A program made the translations under genes and the position numbers. From contig CM119373.1 in NCBI GenBank assembly GCA_051294905.1, forward strand, positions 30,318,001-30,382,000: 64,000 nt of DNA, given 5' to 3'. Position 1 is the stretch's first letter. Each line of letters opens with the position of its first letter. This document shows, in pieces, positions 13,469-20,709 of this stretch. Source of the stretch: Botryllus schlosseri (Eukaryota). Under the pieces are notes generated by a model, which was not told the DNA's origin, searched no databases, and saw only the letters and a list, made by a program, of their open reading frames with translations.

Positions 13469-16042
13469 TTACCGTCGCACTATGGGCCTGCGTTTTTTGG
13501 AGTAAGATGGTGTCGACGTTATGTACATTGTAAGTTGAGAGTTAGTGTTCCGCCTCTGTACGCTAGATTTTAACTTGGGACAGCATAGGCTGTGATACCT
13601 GACACAACAGAATAAGATAATCACCGCACCCAGTACAAGTCCCAAGGGGAGGAGGATGGATCCGAGGCCCGAAAAAATGCCACTCAGTCCACTTCCAAAT
13701 AGACCTCCGATTGCTCCAAGTCCCTTTTGTAGGAGGTTACCGGCACCGTTCCCGACCGATTCTATCAGACTTCCGGCACCGTTCGCCATTTCTTTTATCG
13801 TTTTGCCAAAGTTCTTCATAAATTCTTCCCCCCCAGCAAACTCGAAGGGGGCTACTGACACATTCTCGTAGCGCCAGTCGGAGATATTTACGAACACACT
13901 TCGGTTCAGGTCCTCCTTCCACACCTGTATACTGAGATCCACTTCTTCTTGAGCCTGGTTTAGACGAAGTCTGTTGGCTCGGAGTTTACCACTGATGTCG
14001 TTTGTCTCATTTACATACGTATCTTTATAGGCGGATAACTGCTGAGCATGCTCTCGCACCCGCAATGTCCCTTTCCGAATCTGTGTGAGATAGACCTTAC
14101 TCGAATCGAATATGGACTTTCCGGTCAAATTAGCCAATTCTTTCATGACCAAGCGGTCGACGGCAAGTTCAGCGTCGCTCACCTCTGTGAAACTTTGAAA
14201 CTGAGCGAGGGTAATGGTAGCCTGTCGTAATATCATTTGTCGGTTTTTCTCCACCATCTTCTGCATCCACACCAATCGTCTGTCCGTCAGTGATGCCCTT
14301 ACCTCCATGTTTTCAACCAATCGGTCCAGCTTTTGTTGTTGCGCTGTTTGGATTTGGGAGAGTTCGTTTATCTTTTTCCCTAGTTCGGTTGATCTCTCCG
14401 TAGCCTGGATCATTCTGTCGTTGATTTGATAACTCAGGTCCTCAGTTTCTTTATGCAGTTGGGAAGATACAGTTGCGACAACAGCGACAACTGACACGAC
14501 GGCAAAGATTAGTGCCAGTAGGCCGAAGAGGAATCGTTTACGTCTACGTTTCCCCCCAATCCTCCTATTATTACGTGCGATGTCCCCTTTTATTTCTATA
14601 GGCCCTCCCGGAAAACGGGGTCGGTTATGCTCAGGGTCGAAGTGTACCTGATCCCAAAAGGCCGCCTTCAACTGAGACCCCCCGACCGGATCCTGACAGC
14701 CGCTACCACTTATCCGCCCCTGACACTTGGGATCATCCGCAACCAAAGAGGGGTGCTTCCGCCAAACGGGTAGTATGTCGTAAGGTGCGGATGGTCTTTC
14801 GGAAGGTCCGTCAAACAGGTTGTCCCAATCCAGGCCTTGGTCATCTCGACCTTCCCAGTTTGGTAAGGACGCCTGTATCCATCTAATCCTTCGAGGAAAC
14901 TTCGTTGTGGGCAAATCCCCCCATCTACTCGTGTTCCCGATCGGCCAGAGATTACACGATGGGGGATGTCCAATGTCGCGATGGCCTTTCCCTTTCAATT
15001 GCTGGAAATCTTGCCAAAGGTATTCATAGTTTTCCTGGGTGATCAGCCCTGATGTATTTCGGCAGTTTAGCATGTGGTACCACTCACGTTCCCACGCAGA
15101 ATCCGCACGGACTGTATCTATTTCCTGTATTATTATATCCGCTTGACTCGGTTCCAAAGCAGAGATTATCCCTGTGATATCGCAAAATACGCATTTGCCA
15201 CGAGACCCTGATGATGACGATACTAAGCGTCTGGTTGTCGTGCCGGTCTTCAAGTCATAGGTCGTAGAGTAAGTTTTGGACCAAAGTCGATTTTCCGGCC
15301 AGCAGTGTGCAATACTCGAGCTACTGGCGTTGTATTTATTCCATTGATCTACTTGGGTCCAGTTCCACGTATCTTTTGTCATGCGCTCTGTTCTGCAAGT
15401 CGATCTCACCGCCGAAAAACCCGCGAAGGTTCGTAACATGATCAATTTGAATTTGGTCATCGCCATTATAGTATCGTTCACATGGGAATCACCGTCCACG
15501 CCAAACGCAGACTTCCATCTCTTCCTAGTGGCTTCCCAGGTCTCTTCCCAAAACCACCGTATCCTGACCCCATGCCCTATTGGGCGTACGAACACAGTTT
15601 CTTGGTCAAGAACGGCAAATGTTAGGTTTGGCGAAATTTGGCCTAGTTTTCGTCGGCATAGGCAGGTTCGTTCAAAGTCCCGTACATTCGACCAATATCG
15701 CCCTTGCGGGAACGCCATTTGCTGCAATGACACCCGTTCGGCCACCACGTAACCGAAAGATTCACTATGAAAGAGTGTTGGTCGCCTATACACGTGACGA
15801 TTCCCTGTCTTATTGAAAGCGCTCATTAGGTCGTAGGTTTCCCATTGCGTATTATTCAGCCGAACCCAGTCGTCAGGTAGTGAGCCGTTGAATTCACCCA
15901 GGGTACCCTGAGTAAAGGTTCGGGCCCTGTTTGCTACAGTATCTCCGGATCTTGGCACGAAGTCCGCCGCCTCAGACAACAAGCAATCAGATGTGCAACT
16001 GAAACCAATAACGACAGGCAGAATATAAATAGCGTAGTCCAT
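13469..16042 (-). CDS. env: Envelope fusion glycoprotein, class-I-like
   Basis: First in-frame ATG (MDYAIYILPVVIGFS) is signal-like. Many N-x-S/T sequons. Polybasic KRRRKR (14534-14551) is followed directly by hydrophobic FLFGLLALIFAVVSVVAVVATVS. Heptad-rich helical region, Gly-rich pre-TM segment, TM ILLPLGLVLGAVIILFCCV and short tail. Confidence 0.9.
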   Translation of the reverse strand: MDYAIYILPVVIGFSCTSDCLLSEAADFVPRSGDTVANRARTFTQGTLGEFNGSLPDDWVRLNNTQWETYDLMSAFNKTGNRHVYRRPTLFHSESFGYVVAERVSLQQMAFPQGRYWSNVRDFERTCLCRRKLGQISPNLTFAVLDQETVFVRPIGHGVRIRWFWEETWEATRKRWKSAFGVDGDSHVNDTIMAMTKFKLIMLRTFAGFSAVRSTCRTERMTKDTWNWTQVDQWNKYNASSSSIAHCWPENRLWSKTYSTTYDLKTGTTTRRLVSSSSGSRGKCVFCDITGIISALEPSQADIIIQEIDTVRADSAWEREWYHMLNCRNTSGLITQENYEYLWQDFQQLKGKGHRDIGHPPSCNLWPIGNTSRWGDLPTTKFPRRIRWIQASLPNWEGRDDQGLDWDNLFDGPSERPSAPYDILPVWRKHPSLVADDPKCQGRISGSGCQDPVGGSQLKAAFWDQVHFDPEHNRPRFPGGPIEIKGDIARNNRRIGGKRRRKRFLFGLLALIFAVVSVVAVVATVSSQLHKETEDLSYQINDRMIQATERSTELGKKINELSQIQTAQQQKLDRLVENMEVRASLTDRRLVWMQKMVEKNRQMILRQATITLAQFQSFTEVSDAELAVDRLVMKELANLTGKSIFDSSKVYLTQIRKGTLRVREHAQQLSAYKDTYVNETNDISGKLRANRLRLNQAQEEVDLSIQVWKEDLNRSVFVNISDWRYENVSVAPFEFAGGEEFMKNFGKTIKEMANGAGSLIESVGNGAGNLLQKGLGAIGGLFGSGLSGIFSGLGSILLPLGLVLGAVIILFCCVRYHSLCCPKLKSSVQRRNTNSQLTMYITSTPSYSKKRRPIVRR

Positions 16043-16188
16043 TGAGGTGGTATAGGCGTCGGTCCCCAATGCATAGGCTTACTATTCTATATTGAATATG
16101 ATTTAATTATTGTCTGCAAAAATAGAAACATACATTGTCCGGTCTCTGGTTAACTTCCTTTCTTTATGGTGAAAGGCTACTCTGGGCT

Positions 16189-17238
16189 TTACTGAGGATT
16201 ACCTTGTGTGTCAGGAATCTGATCACTAGGGTCGTCATTATTATACCGCGGGTCAAGAGATATCGTTTTCAACAGAGCCCCAAACCTTTTTTTACGGGGG
16301 TATCTTCTCTTCCAAAGCCACTCCCCCACATAATCGGCTAGTAAATGACGTGCTAGACCCCTCGATCTGTGTAAATGATATTTCAGCGAGCTCCAGCAAG
16401 CCTCTAAATCATTGGTATGAACGCCCTGGGCAGATTTAAACGTGGTGGCGTGGTCAACTGATCCATGTTTATAGCCCTGCCCCCAACTTTCAATGCCCTT
16501 ATACGATGGACAGCCATCTGTCAGAATGGTCGAACCTCTGGCTACATTCTTAATTATAAGTCTTTTCAGAACGTCCGCTGTTCGGTCAGATGTGATCTCC
16601 ACAAACATGTCACCGGTACCTCGGTCCAGGCCACCGAAAGCCCAGACAGCCTTCACTGCTTGTTGACCGCTACCAGCTGCCCGTTTCCGTTTGGCCAAGT
16701 GGGTTTCGTCCAGGATTACAGTTCGGCCAACCCCGCCTAATTTCCGTTTACGTCTTTGTATGTAAGCAGAGCACATCTTGCGCAGTTGTCCAGACCATTC
16801 TACCGTAGTACGTGCGCTGATCTCGGCCTCATGGGCCATTTGAATTTGTAGAGAGTCTTGGGCCCAAAAATAACTCAATACTAGTAGCTGGGGCAATCCA
16901 AGTTTGCTCTTTGAAAAAAATGAGTACTTGCGGATAGTAGCAGTGGTCCTACAAGATGAGCACCTCCATCTCCACCCATCCGAAATTCTCGCGGTAGTCC
17001 GTTCTTCTTTCATCAAACTCGAACATTTTCTGCAAGTCATTTGTTTTCTCAGTAGACCCCGACTTCGTAAAAAAGGTATGCAATCACGTGTATGAGGTAA
17101 GGCTCCCGTTTCCACCAATCGCAGTACGTTGTAATCCTCGACGAAGGAGTCTGAAAGGTAATAGAGAAAAGTACAAGTTCCTCCAACGATCGATGGCTTT
17201 ATAACAGTTAAATCTTGATGGCTGCATCGTCCCGCATC
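16189..17238 (-). CDS. Merlin/IS1595 (ISXO2-like) DDE transposase, in frame with pol
   Basis: Zn-ribbon CRKC...WRCSSC, HTH-like segment, VILDETHL, WAFGGLDR, ILTDGCPSY, H.SVDH and VHTNDLEACWS. The frame is open from the pol TAG (17239-17241) to the stop at 16189, with no ATG near its start. Confidence 0.9.
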   Translation of the reverse strand, partial: DAGRCSHQDLTVIKPSIVGGTCTFLYYLSDSFVEDYNVLRLVETGALPHTRDCIPFLRSRGLLRKQMTCRKCSSLMKEERTTARISDGWRWRCSSCRTTATIRKYSFFSKSKLGLPQLLVLSYFWAQDSLQIQMAHEAEISARTTVEWSGQLRKMCSAYIQRRKRKLGGVGRTVILDETHLAKRKRAAGSGQQAVKAVWAFGGLDRGTGDMFVEITSDRTADVLKRLIIKNVARGSTILTDGCPSYKGIESWGQGYKHGSVDHATTFKSAQGVHTNDLEACWSSLKYHLHRSRGLARHLLADYVGEWLWKRRYPRKKRFGALLKTISLDPRYNNDDPSDQIPDTQGNPQ

Positions 17239-20200
17239 CTAGGCCATGTTCTCCATCAGTATACACTCTGACGGTATAGGCCCCTCGCACAATACTACTT
17301 CGCGATTATGCGACTGTAAGAGTCGTAGACCTATCCTTCTGAGATCGCTCGCTCTCATTCTCAGAACTGTTTTACGCCCACGTGTCTTTGTTGTGTCAAC
17401 TTTACTCAAATGGACGAACCGCCGGTCCATCCTGCGTAATTCGGTATTCATGATTTGACGGGCAGTTTCATCAGTCGTTATGTGATACAGCATGCCATCG
17501 CCCAAGTATTCTTCGTACGGAGGTGGCATCCCTTTGGTGTGCCCGTGTGCTGCAGCCAGGCCTTCATTTGACATCACTGCCCTGTTGCAATTTGCCATGA
17601 TATCTTTGATTTTAGTTATCCCGAGGTCTTGTCGCAGCTTGTCATTGATTATTCCGTGAACTTCCTTCCAGGAGTGGTATCCATCGACAGAGTTTGCGCA
17701 ATACTCGTGTCGACAGTGGAACATCAGTGCTCGCTGTATTTTCTCTTGTTGAGATTCCTTTTGCCCCGGGAGGGTGGCCCAGACATGCGGATCATCATTC
17801 CCCGCCGCCATTTCCATCCAATAGGATCGGGACAATCCATCCGACGTAAACACTTGTAACGTGCTTAAATGGATTACCTCTTTTATCTGAAATCCGGAGA
17901 GATGGTTTAGCCACCTTTGAATCAATGGCTTTGGACTCGGGTTTTTCGCTTCATCCGTCATTCTTTTCAGGAGCCCAAAAACTCCCATGTTGTCAGTAAT
18001 TATAGTGAAGGGTAAGGCGCGCAGCATCGACTGCCATTTCTCCACCGAATCCTTCAGGGCTTTAAGCTCTTTGGTGCATGGGTCATAGGCTTTCGCCGTC
18101 GAAGTTACCCACTTTTGACTGTAGTAAGCGATCGGATACACCTCTTTGAAAGGGGGTCTTTCCCCCACATCCGTTTGGAAAATTACGGAGCCGAATCCTA
18201 CATCTGATGCATCAGTTTCCACGAAAATAGGAAGTCCTGGATCCAGATGATACAATACCTTGGTACTGTCGAGTGAGGCTTGAGCTATTTTGTAGTCTTG
18301 CAATAATTCTTCGGTCCAAAGCACCGGTGTTATTTTTCCTCGAGTCGCTGGGACTTTTCCCGTTAGCGCATCAAATTTTGCCAACTTCAAGCTCAACTCT
18401 GGGATGTGCTCCGAGATGTAGCGTAGAGCGCCAATCCATCCACGTAATTCATATATATTTCGGGGTGGTGAAAGCTCCCGCAGAGCCCTTATCCTCTCGG
18501 GCTGGACCTCGATTTCTTTTCCCGTCAAGGTCGCTCCTAGCAGATTTACTCTCCGTTTTCCAATAAAGCATTTATTGATGCTGAGCGTCAATTTCATTTT
18601 AGCAAGTTGTTCAAATACCAGCCGCAGAAGCAGCAAATGGTCTTCTACCGTTTTTGTGCTAAGGAAAATGTCGTCTATGTAGGCCTCCATAGGCGTCGCA
18701 TTCTCCTCATCCGATCGGCCATTTTGCTTCATGTGTTGGCGATACTTTTCCGTGATGGGTTTCACCACGCATTCTTGCATGTTAGCGCTCCAAAGAGCCA
18801 CAGCGGTCTTCAATCCCATCACCATCTTGCGCCACCTTACGTGCATTCCTTTGATTGCTATCCCCACATATTGCTTGGATCTTTCCGTGATATCCATGTG
18901 GAAGTAGGCTTTCTTCAAATCTAGAAGAGAGAGTACTTCTCTACCCTGGGCGAGTTGCTTTACGTCTGGTACTAACGGTGGAGGGACCTCGATTGACTTT
19001 ATAGCAGCATTCAGGGGCTGGAGATTCTGTACGACTCTCCATGATTGCTTCCACCCGTCCTCTTGCTTCTGTCTTTCATTCATTTTTTGTGGGACGACAA
19101 AGATGGCCAGTTTCCACTCGGCAAATCCTTGCTCGATTATCCCCAGGTCCAAGAAGTTGTCCACTGCTTCTTTTAACGCCTTCGCCTGGCCCTCCCCTTT
19201 CAGATTATAAGGTCCAGAAACAAAAGGCTTAGTCGAGGGATCCTTGAGTTCTATGTCACACTTATACTTCATGGCTTGAGGGGCTCGTAAGTGGCCGCAC
19301 AGGTCCTCTAGTTCAGCTGCGAAAGGCTCATAGACGGCTTTCCAAACTTCGTCGGCAATGATGGTATTTTCCGGGGTCGTTAGATCAGGAGGTTTGTATG
19401 GAAGTTTCGCTAGTGCTACCGATTGTGCACAGAGATTTTCGAGCTCCGTCTTAACGCTAGGACTGGTACTTTGTTGTAAGGTGTACGTGGTAACAGGGCC
19501 AATTATCGGCCGATGCGAATCACGTGAAAAACGGGGTTTTGGTGTTGGTGGAGAGGGGGCGAGGTTCTTCGTTGTCAGCGGGGATTCCCTACCTATCCAA
19601 TCTGACCTCTGAACTCGGTGCGTGCCCACACCTACCGTCACGCCGACGGACTCAATCTCCGCCGGGGGCCCTGTTTCTGGGGAGACGTGCATCTTAAAAT
19701 CCCCAGACTCCTTGTCGGACGGTCCTGGACATACGTCCGGTTGACCAACAATAGCTGCTTCGTTTGAACCCTTTGGGAAGTTACTCATAACTGTGGCTGT
19801 CGTCCTGCATCTTTGGGCCGAATTGTTACAGTTATTCGGACAAGTGCATCCACGAGAGCTTTCAGGACCAGTTTTCTCGTACAGGTCCTTATTTACGTCA
19901 GCCGGGATTCCGCGCTCGACGTCTTCATTAATGGTGCCAGCAGGGATTCCTGTCTCGACACTAGGGGTTTCCCGTAGGTTTTTTTCGACGTTAGTGGTAT
20001 TTACCAACCCGTCGTCCGCGCCAGTGGCGATTGCCATCTCGACACTTGCGCCAGCGGCGACGGCCGGCAATGATGACCGGCGCGCCGACTCGACGCTTAT
20101 CTGATTTGCAGCTTCCATCAACCCATCGTCGGTAGCAGCGTTGCAAGGACTGTTTCCGACTCTGGTTCCATCCCGTCGATCGCACGAGATCTCGTCATGT

Positions 20201-20709
20201 AGTGTTACTAAAGACAACTCTTCGTTTGCATTAGACGGAGTTTTGAATTCAGTCGTTATGTTCGGTAATTGTTGTACCTGATCAATCCATTTTAACCCAA
20301 TAATATTGAGAGGGACTCCTTTCCCGGTTGCAAATGGAACCGGTAGTCCATCGAAATCAATTATTACCAAGGAGTCAACGTGGGAAGAGCCCCCTATGCC
20401 GCGTAATTTCATGTCTAAGGGTTGTCGCTCCTCCCAGCTTCGTGGGTATTTGGTCTTAACAACACTTTTCATTATTAAATTGGGGATGCTTCCCGTGTCG
20501 GCCAAGAATTTAGTTTCCGTTGTGGTGTCAACCAAGTACAAGAGCCGACCGCCGAATAACTCCGTAAAGTCTGGCTGTAGTGGGTTATCCGGTGTATCAA
20601 GAAATGTAAATAGGGGTAGAGAAGCATTATGTACAGTTTTTGCGTGTTGGGGTAATAAGTTATCTGGGAGCTGATTTACCGGATCAATCAGCACCCCCAG
20701 TCGTTTTTT
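17239..20709 (-). CDS. pol: Pol polyprotein: aspartic protease, spacer, reverse transcriptase, RNase H, Tpt1/KptA-like domain; no integrase
   Basis: FLADTGS and NIIG (retropepsin). LDLKKAYFHM, MGLKTA, YIDDI and KC.IG...V.LLG (RT). TDASD.GFG, AYYS, ELKAL, TDN and DGLSR (RNase H). C-terminal CRH...HGHT...LYHIT...RRFVHLS...GPIP. No ATG start; entered by -1 frameshift from gag. Confidence 0.95.
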   Translation of the reverse strand, partial: KKRLGVLIDPVNQLPDNLLPQHAKTVHNASLPLFTFLDTPDNPLQPDFTELFGGRLLYLVDTTTETKFLADTGSIPNLIMKSVVKTKYPRSWEERQPLDMKLRGIGGSSHVDSLVIIDFDGLPVPFATGKGVPLNIIGLKWIDQVQQLPNITTEFKTPSNANEELSLVTLHDEISCDRRDGTRVGNSPCNAATDDGLMEAANQISVESARRSSLPAVAAGASVEMAIATGADDGLVNTTNVEKNLRETPSVETGIPAGTINEDVERGIPADVNKDLYEKTGPESSRGCTCPNNCNNSAQRCRTTATVMSNFPKGSNEAAIVGQPDVCPGPSDKESGDFKMHVSPETGPPAEIESVGVTVGVGTHRVQRSDWIGRESPLTTKNLAPSPPTPKPRFSRDSHRPIIGPVTTYTLQQSTSPSVKTELENLCAQSVALAKLPYKPPDLTTPENTIIADEVWKAVYEPFAAELEDLCGHLRAPQAMKYKCDIELKDPSTKPFVSGPYNLKGEGQAKALKEAVDNFLDLGIIEQGFAEWKLAIFVVPQKMNERQKQEDGWKQSWRVVQNLQPLNAAIKSIEVPPPLVPDVKQLAQGREVLSLLDLKKAYFHMDITERSKQYVGIAIKGMHVRWRKMVMGLKTAVALWSANMQECVVKPITEKYRQHMKQNGRSDEENATPMEAYIDDIFLSTKTVEDHLLLLRLVFEQLAKMKLTLSINKCFIGKRRVNLLGATLTGKEIEVQPERIRALRELSPPRNIYELRGWIGALRYISEHIPELSLKLAKFDALTGKVPATRGKITPVLWTEELLQDYKIAQASLDSTKVLYHLDPGLPIFVETDASDVGFGSVIFQTDVGERPPFKEVYPIAYYSQKWVTSTAKAYDPCTKELKALKDSVEKWQSMLRALPFTIITDNMGVFGLLKRMTDEAKNPSPKPLIQRWLNHLSGFQIKEVIHLSTLQVFTSDGLSRSYWMEMAAGNDDPHVWATLPGQKESQQEKIQRALMFHCRHEYCANSVDGYHSWKEVHGIINDKLRQDLGITKIKDIMANCNRAVMSNEGLAAAHGHTKGMPPPYEEYLGDGMLYHITTDETARQIMNTELRRMDRRFVHLSKVDTTKTRGRKTVLRMRASDLRRIGLRLLQSHNREVVLCEGPIPSECILMENMA
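20664..20709 (-). promoter_or_regulatory. -1 programmed ribosomal frameshift signal (gag-pol)
   Basis: A_AAA_AAC heptamer in gag phase (20709-20703). It is followed by the hairpin CUGGG-GGU-GCUGAUU / AAUCAGC-U-CCCAG (20700-20664). pol is in the -1 frame. Confidence 0.85.

Noticed and set aside
16130-17240. Transposase as an independent Merlin/IS insertion or bacterial contamination
   Set aside because: No TIRs, TSD or own start codon were found. It is exactly in frame with pol and fits tightly between pol and env, and the surroundings are eukaryotic. This is disfavoured but not formally excluded.
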